From contig NC_067399.1 in the NCBI RefSeq assembly GCF_016432865.1, forward strand, positions 477,834,001 to 477,898,000: a stretch of DNA of 64,000 bases, in the 5' to 3' direction. Below, piece after piece: positions 1 through 13,059 of the stretch. Position numbers and translations under genes: made by a program. The notes under the pieces were generated by a model. It saw only the letters and a list, made by a program, of their open reading frames with translations. It was not told the origin of the DNA and did no database searches. The stretch comes from Antechinus flavipes (taxonomy: Eukaryota). Position 1 is the first letter of the stretch, and the number at the start of each line of letters is the position of its first letter.

Positions 1-176
1 CACATGTTTTAATATATTATCATCTATAATATTTTCTTTTGCATTATTATTAATATTTATGTTAAAGGTTTAAGTGTCACTTTGTGAATTGCTGGTTGTA
101 TAGAGAGAAAACACATTGGATAGGAGGCTCAAGAGCTAGTGATGAGAAGAGGAAATGTATTTCCCTTCAACATAAA

Positions 177-415
177 GTAACTGGGTAGTGCAGTGGATAG
201 GGTGACAAACTTGGAGTCAGGAAGACTCATCTTCCTTAGTTCAAATCTGGCCTCAGACTCCTACTAGCTATGTGACTCCGGTCAAGTAACTTGACAGAAT
301 TTCCTCACTTGCAAAATGATCCAGAGAAGGAAATAGCAAACCATTTCAATATTTTAATATTTTTGCTAAGAAAATACCAAATAGGCTCTCAAAAAGTTGG
401 AAATGACTGAATTAG
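177..415 (+). mobile_element. MAR1-type CORE-SINE (marsupial)
   Basis: tRNA-like head (gggtagtgcagtggatag...ggagtcaggaagac), CORE, and RTE-like tail gagaaggaaatagcaaacca...ccaaatagg. Confidence 0.8.
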
Positions 416-640
416 AATAAATTTTCCCTCAACAGAGTTATCCCAAAGATCTTGAAAAACTTTAAATGTAGTTATATGGTAGTGACCTATCTCTAGGACC
501 TTTAACCTGCTATTGTAAGTAAGCTAAATATAGAGAAAGGTGAGATGTTTTAGTTGCTTAGAGAAGAATTATGAAACCATTATATTGCCCAGATATTGGC
601 CAGATAGATGCCTCTGCAACTTCTGTACTACAATATACAA

Positions 641-652
641 TATGTGTGTGTG

Positions 653-688
<36 letters not shown>
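641..688. repeat. (TG)n/(CA)n microsatellite
   Basis: directly visible. Confidence 0.95.
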
Positions 689-689
<1 letters not shown>

Positions 690-690
<1 letters not shown>

Positions 691-860
691 TAAATCTCCT
701 TTGATCCTCACAACAGGTCCATGATTTATATGCTAATATTATCTTCATTTTACAGAAGAAGAAATGGAGTTTAAAAGAGGACTTGTTCAATATAGCTAAT
801 TGTACCTCAGGTACAATTTGAACTCAGATCCTTCTAAATCCAAAAACCTGCTTAACTCTA
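690..860 (-). mobile_element. MIR SINE
   Basis: tttgatcctcacaac...cattttacagaagaagaaa...tttgaactcag, antisense MIR core. Confidence 0.75.
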
Positions 861-1011
861 CTTAACACACCAAGGTATTACTGTTAACTATAGCAACAGA
901 GGTATCCTGATATCTTACATTAACATATATGTAGTATTTTCTACTATTCAAAGTGTTTTTAAGCTAAGTCTCAAAATTACCCTATTAGTCAAGTAAAACA
1001 CATCTCACAAA

Positions 1012-1190
1012 GCACTAGCATATGATGGAGAATGCTCTAGACTGAGAAGCAGGAAACCTGAAAATAATTGCCAACCAGATGTGTGAACCTGGAAAAACTT
1101 CTTTTTCTCTCTCTAGACTTCAGTTTTCCAATCTATATAGAAAAGAATTGGACATTCCTCCAATATTGAAATTCTATGATGGTATTATCA
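1012..1190 (+). mobile_element. MIR/MIR3 SINE
   Basis: tRNA-like head, cttcagttttcc core, attctatgat tail. Confidence 0.6.
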
Positions 1191-1499
1191 CTTTAATTAG
1201 ACACCTGAAAAATCTAAGGACCAGTGTTGTTAGATGAGTAGTTGAAATTTTGTGACAGAATCAGGATTCAAATTCAGGTCTCCTCACATTTGTGTGAGGC
1301 ACTTTCACTGAAATGGGCTCCCTTTCTATATGACTGGCAGTGTGCTACACACTCCAAATAACTTGTAATCATAATTGTCATAATAAAGATAGATTGAAGA
1401 TATATTTTGATCAAGGCAAATTTTTCTAGCTATTAGAAAATGATGTAAGTAGTGGGTGAAATTTGGTAAGGATTGAGTTAGTATAAAGTACAGCAATCC

Positions 1500-3440
1500 A
1501 TCAACCAATAAACATTTATTTAGTGCTTACTATTTGCTGAGCATTGTGATAAGCACTGGGGATTGAAAAGAAGCAAAAGACAGTCCCTGCCCTCATAAAG
1601 CTCACCTTCTAATGGGATAAACAGTTGTATACAGTATGACAAAGGAAAATTAAATATAGAATAAAACGGATATAATTAATATGGAGAAGACACTAGAATT
1701 AAGGTTCTGGAAAGGCTTTCAATAAGACAAAGAGCTTTAGTTTGGATATAAAAGAGACTAGCTTAGTGAGTAGGTAGAAATGAAGAACAAAAGATAGAGT
1801 ATCTTGTTCAGGACTAAAAGTCAATGTCATTGGATCAAAAAATATTGGCGAGGAGTAGGGTATAAGAAGACTGAAAAGGTAGCAAAGGCCTGGTTTATAA
1901 AGGGCTTTGGATGCCAAACAGAGTATTTTGTATTTGATCCTGGAGGAAACGGGAAGCCATTAGAATTTATTGAGTATGTGGTTGAAATGATCAGACCTGT
2001 GCTTTAGGAAAATTACTTTAGTGACTTAATGGAAGATGGATTGGAGTGAGGAGAGACTAGAAGCAGGTATACTCACCAGCAGGCTATTGCAATAATCCAG
2101 GTGTGAGGTGACAAGGGCCTGCATTAGAGAAGCAAATGTGTCAGAGGAGAGAAGGAATATTTTCAAGAGATTATTTCAAAAGTAAAATAAATAGGTCTTG
2201 GCAATAGCTTGGGTATGGGGGATGAAAGATAATGAGATGTCCAGAATGATTCCTAGGTTGTAAACCTGAAGGGCTGGAAGTAAGGTGTTGTCCTCAATAA
2301 TTATAGGGACGGTAGGAATGGGGGAAGGCTTAGAGGAATAAATAATGAGTTTGGTTTGGGATATACTGAATTTAAGATGTGTGCTAGACATTCAGTTCAA
2401 GATGCCTGAAAGGCAATTGGAGATATCAGACTGGAAGTCAGCAGAGAGACTGGGACAAGATAGGTAGACTTGAGAATCATCAGAATAAAGAAATTTAGTT
2501 ACTATCCTTGGGAGCTAATGAGATTACCAAGTGAAATATGTAGTATATGGAAAAAGAAAAGAGGGTCAGGACAAAACCCTGAGGAACACTCACAGTTAGA
2601 GGGCATGATCCCAATAGGAGCTAGCATACGAGACAGGAAAGGAGAGACCAGATGGATTGGAGGAGAGAAGAAAGTATTAAGGGGCAGAAAGAGAGAACAT
2701 GTCAAAGTCTGCTGAGAGGTCAAGGAGAATGGGGATAAAATACAAGATCTTTGGATTTAGCAACTAAGAGACCATTTGAACGGGTGAGAGCAATTTTGGT
2801 GGAATAAAATTGGAAGACAAATTCTAAGAAGAACATTGAAAGAGAGAAAGAGGAGGCACCTATTATAGATAACCATTTCAAGGAGTATAGAATACTATGG
2901 CAGAAAAAAATATGACAATACGTAGCAGTGATTGAAGGATAAAGTGAGGATTTTTTTTCAAAATGGAGAAGATATGGGTATGTTTGTAGGTAGATGGGAG
3001 TGAACCAATAATCAGAGAAAAACTGAAAATAAATGATGTCACAGGAGTGACAGAGTGGGAAATATGTTGGAAGAGATGAGTTGGAATGAGATCATTTGAA
3101 CAAGAGGAAGTATCCTTGGTAAGGAGTAAAGCCACTTCATCATGAGAAACAGGGTTGAAAGAGGAAATAGCAGTAGAAGACATCTGAATTATAAGAGTTC
3201 AGGTAGGATAGGAGAAGAGGGAAATCATAGTCCCATTTTTTTGTATAAAATATGAGGTGAGATTCTTAGCTAAGAGAGTGAGAGTCTTGAGAGAGGATAA
3301 AAAGGTTTGGAACAGCAACTGTAGAAAATGAGATAATGAGTTAACATGGGAAGTATAGTACGATTGCTTGCCAACAGTGAAGACCTAATTGAAATGGTAT
3401 AACATAAATTTGTATTGGACCCAATCAGAACAATTATGTT
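1500..3440 (-). mobile_element. L2 LINE, about 1.9 kb decayed 3' half
   Basis: antisense L2 3' end at 1500; minus ORFs 2878-3183 (SFNPVSHDEVALLL...FSFSLIIGSLPSTYKH), 2502-2723 and 2176-2391 (HLKFSISQTKLII...NLGIILD) match L2 ORF2/RT. Confidence 0.9.
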
Positions 3441-4210
3441 ACTTTCTCTATATGATACTTAGTTAGGGGTATTAGTAAAATGAGATATGTTCAGGAGAGA
3501 GTTTAATCTGCATTTATTATAAACTACACATCAATTTGAAAGTTGTCTATAAATATATGCTGGTTGAACCCACTAGGTTTGATGAGATTGACAAAAAAAA
3601 AAAAAAAAAGCTTTCAGAGAAAGAAGGAGAAAGGACCCGGACAGAACATTATGAGATATTCGTGTTTACTGGAAGGAGAAGGAAAACAGAAAGGAATTGA
3701 TAAGGAATGATTATAATGGTAGAAGTACCAAGGGAAACAGTGTTATTGAAGCCAAGATATTATTCAAGAAAAAAAGATAGTTGATAGTGTCAAAAAATTC
3801 AGTGATCAAGTAGAATGAAGACTAAGATGAGGCACTGGATTTTATAGTTACAGTAAGGGATTGTTGGTAACCTTGGAGAGGGCAACTTTAGTCAAGTGAT
3901 AGGGTTGAAAGGCAGATTGAAAAGGGTTAAGAAAGGTGTAAAGGGGAGGAAACAGAAGCAATAAGTGTACATATCCCTTTCTAGGATGTTGGCTGTGAAG
4001 AGAAGAAGGTATAAAGGAAGACAACAGTTAGAGATAATGGAAAGGGGAAATAATGATTAGGGAAAGGAGTTTGGTGGAGGAGGTTATAGGTGGCTGAGGA
4101 AAGAAGGAGTTCCTAAAGACAAATAGGAGGTGAAAAAAAGAGTGGTTAAGTGGGAGAGTCTCCCAGTGGAGACAGGAGAGTATAGGCTCAAGAATACCAG
4201 TGTAACAGAT
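3440..4210 (-). mobile_element. second decayed L2 fragment
   Basis: purine-rich antisense L2 RT-region motifs covering part of the same L2 interval again (gatgagattgac, ttggtaaccttggagag). Confidence 0.6.
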
Positions 4211-4234
4211 GGCCATTGCAAAGAAAAAAGCCCG

Positions 4235-4335
4235 CTCTTCATTAGAGAGAGACAGTGACAGACAGGGACAGAGATAGAGAAACAGAGACAGAAAAGGGAG
4301 AGAAAGAGAGAAAGAGAAAGAGACAGAGAAAACAA
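4235..4335. repeat. GA/GACA-rich simple repeat
   Basis: directly visible. Confidence 0.9.
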
Positions 4336-4646
4336 GGTATTAAAAAGTGTCCTGGAATGTGATATAGAGGATATTGAATTGACCCCTTATATTATATCTG
4401 AAATGGGTCTAGTCCTACTTTCCCCTTTCTGCATAGAGGAACTGGAGGACTCAGCTAAATTAGGATTTCAGAACTTTTTCTTCTTTGCAAACACCATAGA
4501 TTTCAGTAGGCTTCCTAGAATTGCATTTGGGAAGTCAGGAGAATTCTTTCCAGTGAGGTAGGTCCTCTACTTTTAAATAAAGGTACTTAGAGATGTCATG
4601 AGAGAGTAAAACTTTCTCCATTCCTTTAACAGAAAAATTTATTGCA

Positions 4647-4779
4647 NNNNNNNNNNNNNNNNNNNNNNNNNNNNNNNNNNNNNNNNNNNNNNNNNNNNNN
4701 NNNNNNNNNNNNNNNNNNNNNNNNNNNNNNNNNNNNNNNNNNNNNNNNNNNNNNNNNNNNNNNNNNNNNNNNNNNNNNN
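4647..4779. other. assembly gap (133 N)
   Basis: N run. Confidence 1.
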
Positions 4780-5239
4780 ATCTAAAAGTCCTGAGGGACT
4801 GGAGAAGGAAAGAAGAACTGAATTGTAAAGCACTAAAAATAGGTCCTGACAGACACCGCTTTTAGATTTTCCCCAGGCAGAAGGATGCATTTGGGGACTT
4901 TGTTTTTCTGGCAAAATAAAGTTGAAAGAAAAACTACAGTCCTGGTTCTTCATTAACTAGAAGGAGACCCAGACTGGTCAAAATTGGAATTGGCTAAATC
5001 GTTCAATAAAAAAACAAGGGGGAAAAATATAGCAACTATCTAATAGCCAACTTTAACCCTATCCACAGATAATACCTAAAGTGTTAAATGTATAATCTTT
5101 GAGAGTAGAAAGAACTAAGTTAAGCCAAAAGACTGAACCAAATGTTCAAGCCTTAGTACATCTTTTGAGGTGATCGGAAAGAAAGGATGGCTTGATGTAA
5201 CAAAATGCATTAGTTGACTCTGTGTGGTGGTGGCAATAA

Positions 5240-5460
5240 TAATAATAATGACAATGATAATATCAACAACAATTGTAATATTTTATGCTTCTCTAAGGTT
5301 TGCAAAATGCTCTGCAAGTATATTATTCTCACAGCTTTACAAATAAGGAAATTGAGGCAGACAGATTTTCCCAAGGTCACATAGCTAGTAAATACCGGTG
5401 ATTGGATCTGAACTTGGGCCCACTTGATTCTAGATATAATACTCTACTGTGCTGCCTAGT
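5240..5460 (-). mobile_element. MIR SINE
   Basis: aataataat tail, gaaattgaggcag core, cccaaggtcacatagctagt. Confidence 0.75.
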
Positions 5461-6404
5461 TGTACAAAAAGATGGGAAGAGGTGGGTACAAGAATGCTTG
5501 ACTATCAATGGAACAAACTTATATAACACGATTTAATAGGATATATGCAAGGCTGTCCTTCTTGGTTCTGTTCATCCCTTGAACTTTTTCATTTTGGGGA
5601 AGAGGAGACAAATCCGCTTCTTTCCACATGTGACTTGATTTGAAAGACTTGTGCTTTGAGGTGATGAAGCAATCCCCTTATCAGCCACTCTGAGCAGGGA
5701 AACTGGAAACCATAATGGCCTTTAAAAATGAAGTAGCTCCATGTCACACAAGAATCAGAAGCAAAAATAGATGGGCAGAGGAGAGGAAGAGTCATTGTCT
5801 TTACAAAAATCCACTAAATCATCTGCTATTTCTGATCAGTAGTTAACAAGAATACTTTTTATCTCAAAACTTGAATCTTTTAATTTTCATACCTGGTATG
5901 ATTGTCGTCACACTCTCATACTCTCTCATATCTATATTCACAAGTGCTGAGCTAGTGTATATGGTCAACTGGAGTCACTGGAAGTGTAGCTCTGCCCATA
6001 CCCTGTCCAACCCTGGTGTAGTTAACTCCAGGGCACTAAAAGGAACGTGAACAAAGTAGTATCTTCCCGTCCTTGATTATCAAATGGAGTAATCAGCCAG
6101 AGAAAGCCTCCCAATAAATATCAGCATCTAGTCAACCCAGTACAGCACAATGTTCTGATTGGAGCTCCTCCATTTCTATTTCTTTATTGCTTTTTTCTTG
6201 ATGATTTACATCAACTCATATTCTTCAAAGAAATAAGAGTAAAGTATAAAATTTTCATATATAAAATATAAATGCAAATATTTTTATTATGTATGTTATA
6301 TATAATATAGATTAAGATAATTACATATTAAAAACCATATGAAATTTCATTAAAATACTAGAAATAATGTTTGGGATGTTGGAGAGAAATTTCATGCTTC
6401 AAGT

Positions 6405-6520
6405 ACAGTCAATCAAGCAATTAATCAATCAACAAGTACTTATTAAGCACCTACCATATGCCAGGCACTGTGTTAAGAGCTGGGGATATGGAAGCATAAA
6501 TGAAACAGTTTTGGACCAGA
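6405..6520 (-). mobile_element. L2 3' end
   Basis: caatcaacaagtacttattaagcacctaccatatgccaggcactgtg. Confidence 0.8.
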
Positions 6521-7824
6521 TGTCCTCTGAGTTTCTTTCCAACTCTGAGATTTTATGATTATATGGTTCTGTATTAAGATGAACCTGGGATGAGCTAATT
6601 ATTGAATGTGGGCATTGACTTTGACTCTAAATTTCCTTTTGATGAAGAAAATAGGGAAATATGTTCAATTCTAGAGCATTCATTGTTTGGCCCAAAACAA
6701 AAACAAAACAAAAAAATTTAAATCAGACTAACATACAGCAAATTTACCTATAGTGTATTGCAACTATAGAGGATTAGGTAACTTGTTAGATGGTATCTGC
6801 CTTATGGTTTTGCAAGAAACAAATTCTATTCAAATGAATGTTGATTGTATTGAACCAATATAAAGAATACCATGAAGTGAAATATTCTATTATTTGGGGG
6901 ACATTAGGAATCTTTTTTAGAGAAGACCACTGGAGAAAATGAAAGTACCACTATAAATAGTGCACCTAGAGCGGGGTTATGCATACATGAAATGCTTACT
7001 ATTTATTGAGCTTATTGAATAAATGGAATTTCATACTGGGTCATAACACTAGTCTACTAAGCATCCTAGGGAAGAATGTGAAGTTCTACTTAAAGACATA
7101 GATCTGAAAAGATTTTTATGTCTACTAACTTCCTCTATAGTAACTATTTCTTAACTAAAGTCTTTACAACACATAATAGCTTAATAGCAAAAATACCTTA
7201 AACATAAGTTCTATGCATTGGACCATCCAACTCAAAGAAGTGAAGGATGGGGGTAGCTAGATAGAGCACCAACTCTGAAGTCAGAGAGCATGACTTCAAA
7301 TCACTTAGTAGTTTTGTCTCATAATCCCAATTGCCTCATCTCCTTCCCCCAAAAAATTAGAAGTGAAGAATGTCATCAGGACTCTGGTTATGCCTTTTGC
7401 CAAATGAGTGTTATAGGACAATAGGATGAGTAGAGTCTTTGGAACTGAATGAGAATTTACATATAATTTAATCCAATCCCCTCCTTTTTTTGAAGGATGA
7501 GGAAACTGAAGTTCAGAGAGAGGTACCAATTGACCTAAGATGATAATGCTCCTTGGTAATAGGGATGGGGTTAGTTTTTGGTCTCCAGGGTTTTTTTTTT
7601 TCCCGATCCAATGCTCTTTCCATTGCACCATTTGACATTTTTTGCTCAGGTTAAGTAAAATGTTTTGTGCTAGGTCTCTTTGATTAAATTTAACATTTAG
7701 GACCTATCGTGCACTAAGAATTTAAAGACAAAAGTCAAAATAGTCATTGCCTTCAATGTGCAAACACTTTGGAAATGTTTAAGGAATGATAATCTTTATT
7801 GTCTCAAAGTTTCAAGCAGTGTCA

Positions 7825-8050
7825 CAGCCTTTTAGTCAAGTCTGACTCTTTGTAGTTCCATTTGGAGTTTTCTTGGCAAAAATACTGGAGTGGTTTGTTT
7901 CCTTCTCCTATTCATTTTACAGATGAGGAAATTGAGGCAATACAGTTAAATGACTTGTCAGGGTCATATATGCGAGACCAGATTTGAACTTGGGGAGATG
8001 AATCTTCCTAACTTTAGACCCAGCATTCTATCCACTGTACATTGACCTTT
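7825..8050 (-). mobile_element. MAR1 SINE
   Basis: gttttcttggcaaaaatactggagtggttt tail plus core and head, antisense. Confidence 0.85.
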
Positions 8051-9224
8051 ACTAACAGAAGTGTAATACTAAAGGATCCTACTTGGAAAGAAGAGCCCTC
8101 CATCAAAGAGCCCAGCTGAGGGAAACATTTTACTTTTTGTTTGTGCTATAACTTTTTAAATTAAAAAAAGAAAAGTGTCCATCCACAATTAGCTTTATTG
8201 TGCAACATAACCAGAGTTATGGCACGCAGAGGCTTGAATTACTCTAGTTCAAAGAAGGAACTCTTCAGAGACTCCTAAGATATGACAAAATGGTGTCAAA
8301 GGGACTTTCGGTTGTATAATGGACCCATAAGATAAACTCCCCAATTGGTTGTGGCACAAGTTATTGTAAGATAATGCACCATCATTACCGTGATTTACCA
8401 TATATTTCCAATTGAGTTATCACAAGGGTATTGCAAAAAAAAAATCATAGGACTTGGCAGTAACTCAGTAAATAAAATTACTACTTTAATTGCTCCAGTG
8501 TAACAGGTTGATCATTATCAAGAAAGGTTTTGATATATTTTTTAATTAAAGGGTGACTTTGTTGATCGATTTTCCTGATAATCATGTAAACCACTTGCCT
8601 TCTCCACTTTTCTCTCCCTCAAAAATTTTATTTCATGAGTAAGGGTTATTGCATTAATGACTACATTTTTTAAGATAGTAACAAAGCTTCACTTTATATT
8701 CATGTTATCTTTTGTCCAAAGCAGTCTGAATGGTTTACAACAGTTCATTCTCAGCTTAGATACTGATGCTTCAAAAAGCTTTGTATGGACAAATGATAAG
8801 AACCCTGTCCTTAGAGGTGGGAAAACTTGGATAATTCTGTGGGTCCTGAATATTCACACATAAAATAGGGTCACAATCTTGTAATTCCCAAGGATGCTAG
8901 GATGAGAAAATGGGGAAATAGAGTAGGAAGTTATACTAAAAGTATAAGCTAGAATTCCTAGGGAAGCTGGAGGTGTAATCAAAGCAAGGAAGGGTGAATT
9001 GTTTTCAGTTCACAATGAGAGAAATAAATCCTCTCCATTTGAGGGCCAGTGTTATAGGCTCAGGAACTGTGATTCCTGCCTGGGCAGGAAAAAAATGAGT
9101 CAATGATCAAACTATCACACCAAGATACTTAGAAACACAGGAGAGAAGAAGCTCTAGCACTTTTCCATTAGGTATACAAGGCAAGGAAAAGAAAACCAAT
9201 ATTACATGTTTTAAAACAATTTTT

Positions 9225-9720
9225 GAAGCCATTTGTTTTTAATGCCATAATCCTCACCAAGACATATATTAGGCATTATATAAATACTTATTCTTTTTGT
9301 CTTCATTTCTTCCCATCCCTATCCATGGTCCACCAAATGCAATAAGGGAGAACCACTAAGCAAAAGTACAGGTCAGAAAATTTATGCCTCTTTCTCTAGC
9401 ATGCTTTCCTAGTATCTAGCTGCTTTCTCTGCTATGAGAGGATGAGAGGGTTCTGTTTCATTGTTTTGTCTTAGGAACCCTTGTTGGCTTCTCAATTATT
9501 CAGTTTGGATTTCTTTTAGTGATCTTTTGATTTACATTATTCTACTTATTTTATGTGCTGTTCTTTTGGTTCTTTTCACTTCATTTTGCATCAGTTCACA
9601 TAAATTTCATATTTTTCTGAAACATATTGCATTGTTTCTGAATGAATGATAATATTCTGTTATATCAACATACCCATCTTTTTTGTTCACTCTTTCCTTA
9701 CTTGATAGACATACACTTTG
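9225..9720 (-). mobile_element. old L1 3' end
   Basis: antisense L1 3' UTR and ORF2 terminus (ttttgcatcagttcacataaa). Confidence 0.7.
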
Positions 9721-11040
9721 AAAAATATGTTATGAAGTAGGATAAATGAGTCAGGCAGAAAAGTCCATAGAAAGAGGTGAAAAATAGATGGTAGAATTTG
9801 AAAAAATGAAGGTTGGAAAAAGTATTGGATAAAAAAAGTTTGTGGTAAGCATTGCTGTTCTTAAAACACTAGATTTCTGGCTAGAAACTGGAAAATGAAT
9901 GGATGCCCATCAATTGGAGAATGGCTGGGTAAATTGTGGTATATGAATGTTATGGAATATTATTGTTCTGTAAGAAATGACCAGCAGGATGAATACAGAG
10001 AGGACTGGCGAGACTTACATGAACTGATGCTAAGTGAAATGAGCAGAACTAGGAGATCATTATACACTTCGACAACGATATTGTATGAGGACATATTTTG
10101 ATGGAAGTGGATTTCTTTGACAAAGAGACCTGAGTTTCAATTGATAAATGACGGACAGAAGCAGCTACACCCAAAGAAAGAACACTGGGAAACGAATGTG
10201 AACTATCTGCATTTTTGTTTTTCTTCCCGGGTTATTTTTACCTTCTGAATCCAATTCTCCCTGTGCAACAAGAGAACTGTTCGGTTCTGCAAACATATAT
10301 TGTATCTAGGATATACTGCAACATATCCAACATATATAGGACTGCTTGCCATCTAGGGGAGGGGGTGGAGGGAGGGAGGGGAAAAATCGGAACAGAAATG
10401 AGTGCAAGGGATAATGTTGTAAAAAAATTACCCTGGCATGAATTCTGTCAATATAAAGTAATTATTAAATAAAAATTAAAAAAACACTAGATTTCGAAAA
10501 TTTTTGAAAATAATGATAAATAGGACTCAAAAGAGACAAACCATCCCAAAATCATCTCTCTTTGGATCTTCCTGGTCTTCTTTAAATCAGCACCACTACT
10601 AGGCCTGAGTAATTGATCCCTCTGCTTTCCTTTGTTCCTTGTACTGATCAGCCTTGCTTAGCTCCAATAAAGAGCAGATCCAGATCTCACTTCTACAGGA
10701 ATATAAAAATATATAGAGAGTATAAAGAGCATTTTGATCTTCTCCTGGGTCACTGAGGAGAAAGTTGAATTTAGATGTAGCAGGGGCTGAGGGAATGAAA
10801 GAAGAGAGTAAACATGAATCAGGACCAATGCTATGTGTCATAGAAAGGAGAAAACAGAATTATTTCTCAACCTATATTTTGGTTATTACCCTTTTGGACA
10901 TCATGGAGAACTTTTCAGAAAAATAAACATTAAAATAATCAGAATACTTCATGGACAATTAAAGCTTTCTTTTACAGGAGGGGAAAAACCTCTCAAGAGG
11001 GAACCAAATGCAATTTGAGTTCATTATAAAATGACTTAAA
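9720..11040 (+). mobile_element. highly decayed L3/CR1 ORF2 remnant, interrupted by the young L1
   Basis: KEKTELFLNLYFG resembles the CR1 motif EKAELLNSYFAS; LDF.. motif at the L1 insertion site. Confidence 0.4.
9878..10480 (+). mobile_element. young 5'-truncated L1 (ORF2 terminus plus 3' UTR) with 15-bp TSD
   Basis: MNGCPSIGEWLGKLWY... ORF2 end; G-rich tract; A tail; identical aaaacactagatttc at 9863-9877 and 10481-10495; TT/AAAA site. Confidence 0.95.
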
Positions 11041-11456
11041 GAACAAAAAAGAAATCAAGGGAGCCAACTAAGGTCATTGGCAACCAAAATCTGGGGACAG
11101 TTAGAACAAAGAAAGTCCTTTCCTTTCATGCAACTCAACTTTTTGCACAGGCAAGTCTCACATAGTACATGGGTTTCTCTTCATAAAGTCTCCTTTCTGG
11201 TAGAAGGGGAAAACCATTCCGGTTTTACAGATGAGAAAGCTGAGACACAGGTTTAGTAAGTTGATCCAAACTACAGAGCTTCTATATAATTAACAAAATG
11301 AAGTAAATATATCCTCAAGTGTGTATCTGTATTTTATTATAGATATATACTTGTGGATATATTTATCTTTATACATGTATTTACTTAAAACTTTTGAGAA
11401 ATTATATTTTTATATGTAGATAAACATATATATTCAAATATATATATATATACTTA

Positions 11457-12139
11457 TGTTTAACACTCATTTGCAATAATTAATTTCTATTAAGTCTGGG
11501 GGCAATCCAATAATCCCTTTGTCTACTGCATTAGGGAGTCTCTAAAATGAAAAGGCAGAAATACCATCACAGTTGCTCTGAGCCCCCAGTTCAGAAGATG
11601 CCTAACATTTATGCAAAGATTTGGCACTCTGCTTTAATTTGCATTTATATTTCTCTCTTGATAATTCCTGTGTGGTTGTTTCAGGTTACCAGAAACATTT
11701 AAGCAAAGAAACAGCAGAGTATATTAGAATGTTTGCTAAGCACCAGGAAGGGAAGTTGGGGCAGAGGAAGGGGAGCCAAAAAAAACAGCTTTTCTTGGAA
11801 GTGTTCTCAGTCTTTTAGGAGGTGGGTACAACTGCTGGCCATTCTAAACCTGCTATAAGAAGCTTCTAGGGCCACTGGTCCTCCTGGGTCTGTCCTTTCT
11901 TTGACATAGTTCAATCTAACTTTATCTTTTTGCTCCTTGTCTCAGCTACCGATTCTTTCTCTTCTTGTGTCAGAACTTCTAAATTTCTTCCAAGTTCTGA
12001 ATGACCACATCCATTACCCAATCAGAACAGACTTGGATGCTTTTGATTGATTGGAAGAGATGCCCAAGCCTCTCAAACCTAGTGAGTAATGAAGCTGTAT
12101 TCTCACCTGATAAATGTATCAGGGCTTAGCATCTTGTCA
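11457..12139 (-). mobile_element. putative solo ERV LTR
   Basis: TG...CA termini, perfect 4-bp TSD CTTA (11453-56, 12140-43), ATTAAA on the minus strand about 180 bp from the 3' end. Confidence 0.6.
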
Positions 12140-12239
12140 CTTACTTTAAATATGAAGAGGATAGTTTGATTGATTTAATCAAATCAACCCTCAGCATTTT
12201 ACACACACACATTTAGAAATAATAAAGACAAATGTTTCA

Positions 12240-12572
12240 TTCTTTCTTTCATTAAGCATAATATGAATGTATTATTTCATGCTTGTACTATTTTATCTTA
12301 TTACAAAGCTTTCATACTTTTATATATTATAAATATTATATACGTACATATACGTTTCTCCATCTGTCCTGTTCCTCTATACACATATATATCCATGTAT
12401 ATGTTTCTTTCTACATATATGTCTATGTATATATAAACACAGAGAGACACGCACATATATGTATAATATATGTATTACATGGGTCATGTAAAATTAGCAT
12501 AAACCAAGGAGATGTCTGATTAAAAATTTAAGATGGATCAAATATGTATATGTTATATAAAGACACACACAT

Positions 12573-12606
<34 letters not shown>

Positions 12607-12610
12607 GGTC
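12240..12610. repeat. AT/CA low-complexity tract ending in (GATA)n
   Basis: directly visible. Confidence 0.85.
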
Positions 12611-12814
12611 TAAGTATTACAATGAAAACAGGATTAGGGAGATCTTCTAGGAGGCCTGTAATATATTCTTTCCTTATCTCAGCTTTGTAGAATATCTGTT
12701 TTTAATATGGAACTTTAATATTCATGAAGTTTTTCCTGATTCTTTTGTCATTGGCAAGTACATACATACATACATGTAAACATATATGCACATATGTATA
12801 AGAACAAGAGGTAG

Positions 12815-13035
12815 CAATTTAATTTAATGGAGATAATGTTAAATTTGAAATCAGGAAGACATGGAATCATATTCTGCCCCTCACATACACTATGTGACCA
12901 TGAACAGATTATTTAACCTCTCTAGGCTTCAGGCTTCTCACTAAGATTCTATGCTCTAAGACAGGTCATGAGTCTTGGTTTCAGAAGCTCTCTTCAAAGT
13001 TCCCTTACAAATAAACTCATAAGTCCTTGATGTAT
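12815..13035 (+). mobile_element. marsupial CORE-SINE (MdoRep1-like tail)
   Basis: MIR-like head followed by the marsupial tail ...gttccctt..aaat.aa.tca..agtcc. Confidence 0.5.
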
Positions 13036-13059
13036 TCAAATATACATATCATATATTAT

